Origin: Lentisphaerota bacterium | GTDB lineage: Bacteria; Verrucomicrobiota; Kiritimatiellia; CAIQIC01; JAGNIJ01 | NCBI GenBank assembly: GCA_052033915.1 | Contig: JBPOJF010000010.1 | Location: 69,566 to 133,565, forward strand | Length of the DNA stretch: 64,000 bases | Reading direction: 5' to 3' | Shown here: piece by piece, positions 38,747 through 48,540 of the stretch | Layout of the letters: the number at the start of each line of letters is the position of its first letter | Position numbering within the stretch: the stretch's first letter is position 1 | Notes under the pieces: generated by a model | Databases searched by the model: none | Seen by the model: only the letters and a program-made list of their open reading frames with translations | What the model was told of the DNA's origin: nothing | Program-made: the position numbers and the translations under genes

Positions 38747-41209
38747 CTACGCCGCTTCGATGATTTGCTTCTGACCGTTCTGTCGGTACTCCGCGCGCGT
38801 CAGGCCGCCTGCGGTTGTGAAGGCGACCGGTTGTCCGTCCACCGTGATCCGGCGGATCGGCTTCCGGCTGCGCAGGGCGAAGACGCCCGGCGAGTTCTCG
38901 ATCCCGCGCAGGGCGAAGGTCGCGCCGCGCTGTGCCGCCTTGCGGTCCAGCAGTTCCCCATGCGCGAACACGAGCGCAAGCCCGGGCGCCACGTCCGCCT
39001 GCAGGGGCAGAAACAAGCCGTGCAGGCTCTCGACGCGCACGGTCCCGAGGTCGATGGCGCCTGTGCCTCTCGGATTCCGCGCCTGGATGTGCGCGCTCAT
39101 CGGCATGCGGTGGAAGTTGCCGACGAACAGCAGTCCTTCGCCTTTCTGGAAGCGGGCTTCGACGTGCAGACTGTCGTTGTCCGCCCACGCGTTGCGCTCG
39201 ATCTGCGGTAGTTCCATCATCGCGCTCCACAGGTCCGGGTGTTCCTCGATCGTGTAGTTCAGGGAGAAGCCGAAGAAGCGGACAGCGCCTTTGCCCACCT
39301 TCTTCTCCACGCCAATGACGTCGCCGTTCACGTCGCGCGCGAGGACGCGGCCGCCGTGCTCCACGATCTTCCACGGGTTCGACGGGGTGGGGATGTCCTT
39401 GAGTTCGTTCATGTAGACGCGGTTCGAGGCCACGCGGCCCTGGGTCTTGCAGCCGAACGCCTTTTCCATGATGCGGCACGGCTCGAAGTCGCGATCGTAA
39501 ATCGGCAGCATGGGGTAGATCACCAGCCGGCCGCCCTTGCGGACGAAGTCGACCAGCTTGGTCTGAGTCGCCGCGTCCATGATCTCGTTCGAGAGGACGA
39601 CGAGTTCCTTGTAGGCCAGGAGCTGTTCCACGGGGCGCAGGGTCAGGTCGGCCAGGTCGAACGGAACGCTCTTCTGCGTCAGGATTCGCAGGACGCCGTC
39701 GAAATACGCGCGGTTGCGGAAATCCACCGGGTCCATGCTCAGGCCGAGCTTGCCGGGGTTCATCTTCGTGCCCTTGCCGAGAATCGGCACGAGGAACTCG
39801 GTCTCGTAAAGATGGGGATAGAACCCGACCGCGAGGGAGGCCGGCCGCTTGGCGTTGACCACGAAGCCGCCGTTCCATTTCAGCCATTCGCCGAGGTCGC
39901 GAACCATCGGGTAGGACGGCAGGCGCACGCCCTTGTAATCGACCGCGTTGTACCAGTAGAACATCGGGCCATCCGAGCCGCGCCCTTTCGGGTTCCGGCC
40001 TTGGGCGAACATGTAGAAGTTCATCGCCGTGAGCCCGTGAATGATGCAATGGCGATAGAACAGGCCCAACTCGTTCGGGTAGGTTTGAACGCCGTGTTCG
40101 CGGCTGCCGAGCTGGAGTTCCGCGGAGTAGAGCGGCCCGCGCCGCCGCTGGAGTTCGGCCGCGGTCTGGTTGGCCACGATGCCGTCGTGCGCGTTCAGCG
40201 CCGAGACGCACTCCGGAATGTGATCCAGGCCGTACAGGACATCCGGCTCAACCTTTGCCGACTCGCGGTGGAATGTGCCGTTGAGGGAGAACTCGTGCGC
40301 GCGGCCGAACACCCAGCCGCCGATATTCGTGAAGAGGGGAACCGACACGCCCGCCGCGCGCAGGGCGGCGGTATTCCACTTCACGTAGTCCGCGTACAAC
40401 CAGCGGTGGAAGTCGTGCCAGAGCCGGTACAGAACGAACTCGCGCCGCGTCTCGCACACGTCGTGCGGCGGCACGACGTCGGCATAGCGGTTCAGTTCGC
40501 GGTCGAGCAGGCGCGCGAGCGCGCGGAGGTCGGGATAGTGTTTCTTCAGATACGTTTGCCACGCGGCTAGGTTGGAAGGGGAGTAGTCGCCTTTTGCGCC
40601 GAGCCACTGGAACATGCCGATCTCGTTGCACAACTGCATCATGATCACCGCGCCGCGCTGAAGCGTTTGGCGCGGGACCACGACCTTCTCGGCGAAAACC
40701 CGGAGCCATTTCGCGGCCTTGCGCCGGAATGTCTCGCTCGCAAACGCGATGTACGCGGAGCCCCACGGGCGGCCGTTCTCGTCGAGCGCGAGCGTGTCCG
40801 GGTATTTCTCCGTCAGCCACACCGGAATGCCTTGGTCGGTGGTTTCCGCCATGACGTACGGGCCCGGCTTCACGGTGACGAACAGGTTGTGCTTCCGGGC
40901 GAGTTCGACAAACCCGATGATGTCGCGTTCCGGGTGGGTTCGGCCCGTCAGGTCGAACCGGCCTTCCTCGAATTCGTGCCATGACCACGGGACATAGGTG
41001 GAGACCGCATTACAGCTGGCGTCCGCGAGCGCCTGCAGGTGCTTGGTCCAGTAGCGCTTCGGAATCCGGAAGTAATGAACCTCCCCGGAGTAAAGAAAGG
41101 TGTCCTTCCCGTTCAGGGAGAGTGAGTGAGCGCTGATCCGACAGGTTGCGTTTGCAGGTTTGCGATACTTCACGATCGTGTTCCTTTGTTGGGGGGTCAG
41201 AGTGAACAT
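38747..41209 (-). CDS. GH35 beta-galactosidase-like glycosidase
   Basis: SGEVHYFR, TYVPWSWHE..G.FD, KPGPYVMAE, QLCNE (acid/base), SAELQ (nucleophile). Confidence 0.85.
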   Translation of the reverse strand: MFTLTPQQRNTIVKYRKPANATCRISAHSLSLNGKDTFLYSGEVHYFRIPKRYWTKHLQALADASCNAVSTYVPWSWHEFEEGRFDLTGRTHPERDIIGFVELARKHNLFVTVKPGPYVMAETTDQGIPVWLTEKYPDTLALDENGRPWGSAYIAFASETFRRKAAKWLRVFAEKVVVPRQTLQRGAVIMMQLCNEIGMFQWLGAKGDYSPSNLAAWQTYLKKHYPDLRALARLLDRELNRYADVVPPHDVCETRREFVLYRLWHDFHRWLYADYVKWNTAALRAAGVSVPLFTNIGGWVFGRAHEFSLNGTFHRESAKVEPDVLYGLDHIPECVSALNAHDGIVANQTAAELQRRRGPLYSAELQLGSREHGVQTYPNELGLFYRHCIIHGLTAMNFYMFAQGRNPKGRGSDGPMFYWYNAVDYKGVRLPSYPMVRDLGEWLKWNGGFVVNAKRPASLAVGFYPHLYETEFLVPILGKGTKMNPGKLGLSMDPVDFRNRAYFDGVLRILTQKSVPFDLADLTLRPVEQLLAYKELVVLSNEIMDAATQTKLVDFVRKGGRLVIYPMLPIYDRDFEPCRIMEKAFGCKTQGRVASNRVYMNELKDIPTPSNPWKIVEHGGRVLARDVNGDVIGVEKKVGKGAVRFFGFSLNYTIEEHPDLWSAMMELPQIERNAWADNDSLHVEARFQKGEGLLFVGNFHRMPMSAHIQARNPRGTGAIDLGTVRVESLHGLFLPLQADVAPGLALVFAHGELLDRKAAQRGATFALRGIENSPGVFALRSRKPIRRITVDGQPVAFTTAGGLTRAEYRQNGQKQIIEAA

Positions 41210-41235
41210 GTGTGTACGACCTTGCATCCCATCTC

Positions 41236-41265
41236 TTGACACAAAGCGGCACAATTTCATATATT
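41236..41265 (+). promoter_or_regulatory. Sigma70 promoter for the lacI-family gene
   Basis: TTGACA (41236-41) N18 TATATT (41260-65). Confidence 0.6.
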
Positions 41266-41279
41266 GTGAGCGGTTTCAA
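41264..41279. promoter_or_regulatory. LacI-family operator TTGTGAGCGGTTTCAA
   Basis: CG-centred imperfect palindrome overlapping the -10/TSS region; ATTGTGAGCGG equals the left half of E. coli lacO1. Confidence 0.55.
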
Positions 41280-41304
41280 GAGAAAAACGCAGAAGGCGGT
41301 AACC

Positions 41305-42330
41305 ATGGCTTTAACCCTTGAAGATGTCGGCCGGCAGTGCGGCGTATCCCGCAGCACCGTATCCAGAGTTATTAACGACAGCCCCCTGGTGAATGAGGCG
41401 ACCAAAGAGCGGGTGCTCAAGGCTATCAAGGAGCTGAAATACGCTCCGAACTTCATTGCCCGCTCGCTGACGAAGAACTGCACGGAAACGCTGGCGGTGA
41501 CGCTCCCGGACATCACGGGCGGGGTGTTCCCTGAAATCCTGGCCGGAATGGACGAGATAGCCTGTCAGCGCGGGTATCACCTGCTCGTCGTCTTTCTCGG
41601 CGGCGCGCGTCCGAAGTCGGACACGGTCGAGCAATTGATCACGCATCGCCGTGTGGATGCGATTGTGACCATCGCTTCGACGGTGGACGATTCGCAGTTG
41701 GTCCGGATGGTCGAATGGAACGTCCCCATCATCTGCGTGGCGCACAAGTCGCCGTCCAGGAAAATCCCGAGCCTTCTTTTCGATGATGCCGGTGGAGCCG
41801 CCGAGGCCACCCGGCTGCTCCTCTCCCACGATTGCCGTCGGATTGCCCACATCCGCGGGCCCAGGGACAACTTCGACGCCGAAGAGCGGGCGCGCGGTTT
41901 CAGGGCCGCGCTGAAGACGGCGGGTATTCCGTTTGAGGCCAAGCGCGAGGTGGAAGGCGATTTCAAGAGGGAAGGCGGCATCCGCGCCATCCGGGAACTT
42001 CTGGAACACGGCGTTTCGTTCGACGCAGTCTTCGCGGGCAACGACGAGATGGCCATCGGCGCGATCGAGGAACTCCATCGCCGGGGCCGGAACGTCCCGC
42101 GCGAAATTCCGGTTATCGGTTTTGATGACATCGAGTCGGCTCGATTCGTCGGTCTGAGCACGGTGCGCGTGCCTATCCGGGAGATCGGGCGACGGGCCGT
42201 CCGGCTTGCCTTTGAAATGATCGACGGCAAACAGCCGATGGGTTACCAGGTTCTTCCGACGGAGATTGTCGAGCGGGCCAGTACGGCGACGGGCGGTGAC
42301 GCAAAGACTCTCCGGCTGGACGGAGTGTAG
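41305..42330 (+). CDS. LacI-family transcriptional regulator
   Basis: TLEDVGRQCGVSRSTVSRVIN HTH, YAPNFIARSL hinge, VIGFDD. Confidence 0.95.
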   Translation: MALTLEDVGRQCGVSRSTVSRVINDSPLVNEATKERVLKAIKELKYAPNFIARSLTKNCTETLAVTLPDITGGVFPEILAGMDEIACQRGYHLLVVFLGGARPKSDTVEQLITHRRVDAIVTIASTVDDSQLVRMVEWNVPIICVAHKSPSRKIPSLLFDDAGGAAEATRLLLSHDCRRIAHIRGPRDNFDAEERARGFRAALKTAGIPFEAKREVEGDFKREGGIRAIRELLEHGVSFDAVFAGNDEMAIGAIEELHRRGRNVPREIPVIGFDDIESARFVGLSTVRVPIREIGRRAVRLAFEMIDGKQPMGYQVLPTEIVERASTATGGDAKTLRLDGV

Positions 42331-42543
42331 ATGTTCCTTTCGAGGCCGGTTCATCCGCAACCGGCGGATCTGCGGGCCGTTTCCGGCCGCGCGTCTTCCG
42401 GACCCGGCGGTCGAAAACGAGGAATCCCTTGTGTTCGGACGGCTCGCCCGGGTGCGCAGGGCAAATTCCTTCTTTTTTGGCCGGGGATCCGGCGCTACAA
42501 TACAATGCCGTGGGGGTCGCGTTTCATCCGGAGGGTGCAGGCC

Positions 42544-42966
42544 ATGATCGAGAAGCGATGGGAACACTATCCGCACCCGGCCGACGTCGGTGTGCGGGGG
42601 ATCGGCGCCACGAAGTCCGACGCCTTCGAGCAGGTGTCGCTCGCGCTGACGGCGGTCGCGGTGAACCCCGAGACCGTCGAGGCCCTGGAGCCCATCGAAA
42701 TCACCTGCGAGGCGGAAGACGACGAGATGCTCCTTGTCGAATGGCTCAACCGGTTGGTGTACGAAATGTCGACCCGCCGGATGCAGTTCAGCCGCTTCGA
42801 CATTCATGTTGGCGACAACATCTTGAAGGCCCGCATCTGGGGCGAGGCGATCGATCCCGAAAAGCACCAGCCCGCGGTCGAAGTCAAGGCGGTCACGTAC
42901 CACGACCTCGCCGTGAAGCAATTGCCCAGCGGCGAATGGCTCGCGCAGTGCGTGGTGGATGTGTAG
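42544..42966 (+). CDS. Archease
   Basis: HPADVG, EWLNRL, EVKAVTYH, VVDV C-terminus. Confidence 0.93.
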   Translation: MIEKRWEHYPHPADVGVRGIGATKSDAFEQVSLALTAVAVNPETVEALEPIEITCEAEDDEMLLVEWLNRLVYEMSTRRMQFSRFDIHVGDNILKARIWGEAIDPEKHQPAVEVKAVTYHDLAVKQLPSGEWLAQCVVDV

Positions 42967-42969
42967 GAG

Positions 42970-44421
42970 ATGATTCATGGGAGATGGTTGATGGACCTCT
43001 CGCGATTACGCCGTATCTCTGAGTATGAGTGGCAGATCGAGCCTTGCGGCTCGATGCGCGTGCCGGGCGTGCTGTTTGCCGACGAGCCATTGCTTCGCGA
43101 GATGGATGAAAAAGTCCTCGATCAGATCGCGAACGTCGCGACGCTGCCCGGTATTGTGAAAGCGTCGTTCGCCATGCCCGATGCGCACTGGGGGTACGGC
43201 TTTCCGATCGGCGGCGTCGGCGCGTTCGATGCGGAACAGGGCGGTGTGGTCTCCGCGGGCGGTGTCGGGTTCGATATTTCCTGCGGCGTGCGGACGATGC
43301 TGACCGGGCTGACGCGCGAAGAGCTGGACCCGATCAAGCCGAAGCTCGCCGATGCGCTTTTTCACAAGGTGCCCGCGGGGGTCGGCAGCACCGGTCGCAT
43401 CCGGCTGAATCCTGCCCAGATCGACGAGATGCTGGCGGGCGGCGCGCGGTGGGCGGTTCAGCAGGGCTATGGCGTTCCGGACGATCTCGACCGGATCGAG
43501 AACCGCGGCTGCATGACCGGCGCCGATCCGGCGCTGGTGTCCGGGCGCGCGAAGCGGCGGCAGGAAGAGGAAATGGGCACGCTCGGCTCCGGCAATCACT
43601 ATCTCGAGGTCCAGGAGGTGCGCGAGATCTTCGACTCGAAGACCGCCGCCGCGTACGGCCTTCGCAAGGGCGGCATCGTGATCAGTATCCACTGCGGCTC
43701 GCGCGGTCTCGGCCATCAGGTCGCAACGGATTACTCAAAGAAGATGGTTTCCGCCGCCGCGAGTCACGGCATCCCGCTGCCGGACCGCGAACTCGCGTGC
43801 GCGCCGATCCATTCTCCGGTGGGCGAGGCGTACCTCGGCGCGATGCGAGCGGCCATCAACTGCGCGCTGGCGAACCGGCAAATCCTGACGCATCTCGTCC
43901 GGCAGGCGCTGAACACGGTGCGCAAAGGCCTGGACGCTCCGCTGTTGTACGACGTCTCGCACAACACGTGCCGGATCGAGGAGCATGTTGTGGACGGGCA
44001 GAAGCGCAAGTTGTTCGTTCACCGCAAGGGCGCAACGTGCGCGCTCGGTCCCGGCCACCCGGATGTCGCGCCCGCGTTGCGCGAGTTCGGCCAGCCGGTG
44101 TTGATCGGCGGGACGATGGGGACGGCGTCGTACATACTCGCCGGGACGCCCGAGAGTGCCGGGCTCGCGTTTGCGTCGGCCTGCCACGGCGCGGGTCGGC
44201 AGATGAGCCGCACGCAGGCGGCGAAGCAGTGGCAGGGCCGGGAGGTGATTGACAAGTTGGCCGGTCGCGGAATACTGATCCGAACGCGTTCGTACCGGGG
44301 TGTCGCCGAGGAAGCGCCGGGCGCGTACAAGGATGTGAGCGCCGTAGTCGAAGCCACGCACGCGGCCGGGCTTGCGCGGAAGGTGGCCAAACTGGCGCCG
44401 TTGGTCTGCGTCAAGGGATAG
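42970..44421 (+). CDS. rtcB: RNA ligase RtcB
   Basis: MPDAHWGYGFPIGG, GFDISCG, GSGNHYLE, HCGSRG, YDVSHN, HRKGAT, HGAGR, EEAPGAYKD. Confidence 0.97.
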   Translation: MIHGRWLMDLSRLRRISEYEWQIEPCGSMRVPGVLFADEPLLREMDEKVLDQIANVATLPGIVKASFAMPDAHWGYGFPIGGVGAFDAEQGGVVSAGGVGFDISCGVRTMLTGLTREELDPIKPKLADALFHKVPAGVGSTGRIRLNPAQIDEMLAGGARWAVQQGYGVPDDLDRIENRGCMTGADPALVSGRAKRRQEEEMGTLGSGNHYLEVQEVREIFDSKTAAAYGLRKGGIVISIHCGSRGLGHQVATDYSKKMVSAAASHGIPLPDRELACAPIHSPVGEAYLGAMRAAINCALANRQILTHLVRQALNTVRKGLDAPLLYDVSHNTCRIEEHVVDGQKRKLFVHRKGATCALGPGHPDVAPALREFGQPVLIGGTMGTASYILAGTPESAGLAFASACHGAGRQMSRTQAAKQWQGREVIDKLAGRGILIRTRSYRGVAEEAPGAYKDVSAVVEATHAAGLARKVAKLAPLVCVKG

Positions 44422-44585
44422 ATTTCCGCTCGGGCGCGCAAATCTTCCAAGGTTGGATCATCATCCCTGTTTTCTTCCCGGCCCTGTGACGGGCGCTTAC
44501 GGATTTTCGGATTCACGGCGACTGGTTTTCCTGTAATTTCAGAGCCGTTAACGTATACTATATTCCGTTCAGGAGACGGTGAATC

Positions 44586-46331
44586 ATGCCGGTTCACAAC
44601 GCGGACATCGCGGCGATGTTCGATGAAATCGCCGATCTGCTCGACATTCAGGGCGAGAACCCTTTTCGTATCCGCGCCTATCGAAACGCGACGCGGACGG
44701 TGCAGGGCCTCGGTCGCGAACTCCGGGACATGGTGTCCGCCGAAGAGGATCTGACGAAGATCCCGGGCATTGGCGCGGACCTCGCTGCGAAGATCGTGGA
44801 GGCGGTGGCGACCGGCGCGATGCAGGCGCTGGACAAGCTCCGGAAGCAGTTTCCTCCAGGCATCACCGATCTCCTGCGCATCCCCAATCTCGGGCCGAAG
44901 AGGGTGAAGACCCTTTTCCACGAACTGAAGATCGAATCTCTCCGGCAATTGGAGACCGCGGCGCGCGCGGGGCAGGTGCGCAACCTGGCGGGCTTCGGCG
45001 AAAAGCTCGAACGACAGATTCTCGAATCGATCAAATCGAAGGCCGACATGGGCCGGCGGTTCCTGCGGGCGGCTGTCGAGCCGTACGCTCACGCGCTGGC
45101 GCAGTATCTCGAGACCGTGCCGGGCGTGGAGATCGTGGCGATCGCGGGGAGCTGCCGCCGGGCCCGGGAGACAGTGGGGGACATCGATCTCCTCGCCGTG
45201 GCGGACGGGGAAAGCCGGATCATGGACCGCTTTGTCCACTACGACGAAGCGGCGGAGGTGCCGGCGCACGGCAAAACGAAATCCAGCATCGTTCTGCGAA
45301 CGGGCGTGCAGGTGGACCTGCGGCTGGTCGAAGAGAAAAGCCTGGGCGCGGCGCTGGTGTATTTCACGGGCAGCAAGGCGCACAATATCGCGATCCGCAA
45401 GCGCGCCCAGGAACGCGGACTCAAGATCAACGAATACGGCGTGTTCTCCGCGGGGGAGGGAAAGGACGGGTCGTACGTGGCCGGGAGGACGGAGAAAGAC
45501 GTGTATGCGACGATCGATCTTCCCTTCATTTCGCCGGAGCTTCGCGAGAACGCGGGCGAAATCGAGGCGGCGGAGCAGGGGAAACTTCCGAAGCTGGTTG
45601 AGTTCGACGACATCCGCGGCGACCTTCACATGCATACCGCGGAGTCCGACGGCAGGAACTCGATTCGCGAGATGGCCGAGGCGGCCCGCGCGCGCGGCTA
45701 CGAGTACATCGCGGTGACGGAACACTCGCGGCGGCTCGCGATGGTCGGCGGGTTGGACGAGAAGCGGCTGAGAAAGCAAGGCGAGGCGATCGATCGGCTG
45801 AACGCGACGCTCAAGGGGATCACCGTGCTGAAGGGCATTGAGGTGGATATCCTCGATGACGGCGGTCTCGATCTGCCCGACTCCGTTCTCGGCGAGTTGG
45901 ATCTGGTTATCGGCTCGATTCACAGCCAGTTCAAGTTCCCGTCCGAGCGCCAGACGGAGCGCGTTCTGCGGGCGATGGACCATCCGTATTTCAGCATCTT
46001 CGCTCACCCGACCGGGCGGCTTCTTCTGGAACGCGAACCGTACGAGATCGACCTGGCCCGCGTGATCCGGCACGCCGCGCAGCGTGGGTGTTTCATGGAG
46101 CTGAACTCGCACCCCTTGCGGCTGGATCTTACGGATACGTTCTGCCGCATGGCGAAGGCGGAGGGCGTGCGGGTGTGCATCAACACGGACGCGCACGGCA
46201 CGACGGACCTCGGCCACATGGTTTACGGCATTGGTCAGGCGCGCCGCGGGTGGCTGGAAAAGAGGGATGTCCTCAACACGCTCCCGCTGAAATCCCTGCG
46301 CGCGGCGCTGGCAAAAACCATGGGCAAATGA
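44586..46331 (+). CDS. polX: DNA polymerase X with PHP domain
   Basis: NPFRIRAY, GSCRR..ETVGDID, VDLR, YFTGSKAHN; PHP motifs HMHT, HPTGR, NTDAH. Confidence 0.96.
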   Translation: MPVHNADIAAMFDEIADLLDIQGENPFRIRAYRNATRTVQGLGRELRDMVSAEEDLTKIPGIGADLAAKIVEAVATGAMQALDKLRKQFPPGITDLLRIPNLGPKRVKTLFHELKIESLRQLETAARAGQVRNLAGFGEKLERQILESIKSKADMGRRFLRAAVEPYAHALAQYLETVPGVEIVAIAGSCRRARETVGDIDLLAVADGESRIMDRFVHYDEAAEVPAHGKTKSSIVLRTGVQVDLRLVEEKSLGAALVYFTGSKAHNIAIRKRAQERGLKINEYGVFSAGEGKDGSYVAGRTEKDVYATIDLPFISPELRENAGEIEAAEQGKLPKLVEFDDIRGDLHMHTAESDGRNSIREMAEAARARGYEYIAVTEHSRRLAMVGGLDEKRLRKQGEAIDRLNATLKGITVLKGIEVDILDDGGLDLPDSVLGELDLVIGSIHSQFKFPSERQTERVLRAMDHPYFSIFAHPTGRLLLEREPYEIDLARVIRHAAQRGCFMELNSHPLRLDLTDTFCRMAKAEGVRVCINTDAHGTTDLGHMVYGIGQARRGWLEKRDVLNTLPLKSLRAALAKTMGK

Positions 46332-47071
46332 TAGCCATAGAACGAAACATGAAACGCGAACGCAAACTGGCGGCGGTGATTTTCGATTTTGACGGCGTGA
46401 TTGTGGACACGGAGCCGCTGCACTTCGCCGCATTCCGCGACATCCTGCAGGCGAAGGCTCTTGCGTTCACCTGGGAGGAATACGTCTCCGTCTATCTCGG
46501 ATTCGACGACCGCGATGTGTTCCGCGAGGCCTTCAAGCGGAGCGGCCGGGTTTTAAGCCGATCGGAACTCTCGGAGCTGATGCAGGTCAAGGCGCGGTTG
46601 TTTCAGGAGTTGGCAGAGAAGAAGGGCCCCGAGCCGTTCCCGGGCGTCCTGCCGCTGATCAAGTCGCTGGCCGGAAACATTCCCCTGGCCCTGTGCAGCG
46701 GCGCCGTGAAAAGCGACATCCAGCCGATCCTGCGAAGGCTCAAGCTGGATCGCGCGTTTGATGCGGTCGTGACGGCGGAAGATGTGTCGGCGAGCAAGCC
46801 CGACCCCGCGTCGTACGTGCTGGCCCTGAAACGCCTGGCCCGGGTGTTCCCGTCCGGAGACGTGGTTGCGGAGCGCGGCGTGGCCATTGAGGATACCCCC
46901 GCGGGGATCGCGGCGGCGAAGGGCGCGGGGCTCCGGGTCCTCGCGCTTCCCAATAGTTACGCGCCCGCGGAACTGAACGAAGCCGACAGGGTCGTTCCGT
47001 CCCTGAAGGAAATCATGACGTGCGATTTGGAGCGGTTGGTGGAGTGTGCGGATGTTGATTCCAATCCGTGA
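46328..47071 (+). CDS. HAD-superfamily phosphatase (beta-PGM/CbbY-like)
   Basis: DFDGVIVDTE, SKPDP, AIEDTPAGIAAA; ATGA overlap with the polX stop. Confidence 0.9.
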   Translation: MIAIERNMKRERKLAAVIFDFDGVIVDTEPLHFAAFRDILQAKALAFTWEEYVSVYLGFDDRDVFREAFKRSGRVLSRSELSELMQVKARLFQELAEKKGPEPFPGVLPLIKSLAGNIPLALCSGAVKSDIQPILRRLKLDRAFDAVVTAEDVSASKPDPASYVLALKRLARVFPSGDVVAERGVAIEDTPAGIAAAKGAGLRVLALPNSYAPAELNEADRVVPSLKEIMTCDLERLVECADVDSNP

Positions 47072-47087
47072 ACGACAGGGAAACAGT

Positions 47088-48416
47088 GTGAAGTCGAGGC
47101 GATGGGTCCGGGGCCTTGCAGCCGGGCTTCTCGCCGTGTCCGGCGCGCTCGCGTCCGCGCGCGCCGAGTTCATCCCGCACCACCCGGATTCCGTTTTCGA
47201 TGCCGACGGGCTGAAGGCCGACTTGTCGGATCCTTCGGAGAAGATCACCCGCGAGGTGTTCCAGGCCGGAATCAGGAAGTATCCGCTGGTGGACGTCAGC
47301 AAACCCATCTTTCCGCCGCCTTCCTCCGGGAGAATGTCCTCCTTTCAAGCGGGCGGTCCGTCGCCCGACGTGGCTCGAGCCGGTTTCCAGTCGGCGAGCG
47401 TCTATGCCCGCCAGCGCGATTGGTCCAGGGCGCTCTCGGAGATCGAGCGGGCGCTGGAACACGACCCTGATAATCCGTTCCTCATCCAGAGGGCGGCCGC
47501 CTTTGCCGCGCTGGCCAGGAATTTCGGCCTGGCGGATATGTATTTCGAGAAGGCGCTGCGCGCCGATCCGGACAACGTGGATTTCCTGGCCGGCCGCGCC
47601 GGCGTTCTGGTCCGCCTGCTCCGCTTGAAGGAGGCCGGCGAGTTGGCGAAAAAGGCGCTCCAGGTGAACCCCGCGCATCTCTCATCCCGGTTTCAAGAAC
47701 TTTGCGTGAGCGTGGCCCTCGGCGATACGAACGTCGCTTGGGCGGGATGGGACACGCTCGATACGGATCAGGTTCTTGAGGCAGCCAACTGGCTGGACGC
47801 GGACAGGGAGGATTACATCAAGGTGCTGAAGCCGAAGGGCTATTCGAATTTCTGCGGGATCGCGCTGGGGCCGAACACGGCCGCGCATGCGGCGGAGATC
47901 GCCGCCTCTTTGAGAAAAGCGAGTCTGGCTTTACGCGCGGGGCAGTTCGGCGAGGCTTGCGGCGCGCTGGCCTCGGCCACGAATGCGGGTGTGCGCGCTG
48001 CGGGCGTCAGCATGGACATTGGAAAGTGCCTGTTTCAGATGGGGGACAGGAGAGCCGCGGTGCTGCATTTCCACGCTTTGGCGGCGCGCTATCCGGAGAA
48101 CGCCATGGTGTTGTACAACTACGCGTACGTGCTCATCAATATGGAGATGTATAACCAGGCCGGCGCGGTTCTCGAGAGAGTCTGCAAGCTGATTCCGCAG
48201 GAGGGTCAAGCCGCGTTTGCCCTGGCCTGTACCTACGCAGCGCGTGAACAAATGAACAAGGCGTGGCCGATTCTCGCCCGGCTTGCTGCCTCGCATCCCG
48301 CGGAGATGCCGGAGTGGATGGAGGGCGACAAACTCTACCAGAAGGCGATCCGCAAAGACCTCCGGTATCCCCAGTTGAAGAAGACTTGGGAAGCGGCCCG
48401 GGCTGCTGCGCCGTGA
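47088..48416 (+). CDS. Exported tetratricopeptide-repeat protein
   Basis: Signal-like N-terminus; repeated A..ALE.DPDN / YNYAYVL TPR patterns. Confidence 0.75.
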   Translation: MKSRRWVRGLAAGLLAVSGALASARAEFIPHHPDSVFDADGLKADLSDPSEKITREVFQAGIRKYPLVDVSKPIFPPPSSGRMSSFQAGGPSPDVARAGFQSASVYARQRDWSRALSEIERALEHDPDNPFLIQRAAAFAALARNFGLADMYFEKALRADPDNVDFLAGRAGVLVRLLRLKEAGELAKKALQVNPAHLSSRFQELCVSVALGDTNVAWAGWDTLDTDQVLEAANWLDADREDYIKVLKPKGYSNFCGIALGPNTAAHAAEIAASLRKASLALRAGQFGEACGALASATNAGVRAAGVSMDIGKCLFQMGDRRAAVLHFHALAARYPENAMVLYNYAYVLINMEMYNQAGAVLERVCKLIPQEGQAAFALACTYAAREQMNKAWPILARLAASHPAEMPEWMEGDKLYQKAIRKDLRYPQLKKTWEAARAAAP

Positions 48417-48445
48417 TGGAGCTTTATCCGAGCGCGTGCGCGGTG

Positions 48446-48475
48446 TTGCTTTCCGGGTCGCAATCTACTTATAAT
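48446..48475 (+). promoter_or_regulatory. Sigma70 promoter
   Basis: TTGCTT (48446-51) N18 TATAAT (48470-75). Confidence 0.55.
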
Positions 48476-48540
48476 CTTCAGATATCGCGAAACGAACGGC
48501 ACGGTTGTCTCACGGTGTTTATCAATATGGAGGAAGAACA

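Noticed and set aside
41263-41273. lacO1 match as cloning-vector contamination
   Set aside because: Only 11 nt match, embedded in a coherent native divergent promoter with no other vector sequence
42331-42543. Sigma54 promoter or Y-RNA/tRNA-like element upstream of archease-rtcB
   Set aside because: No TGGCAC-N5-TTGC motif and no convincing cloverleaf; only TACAAT -10-like boxes
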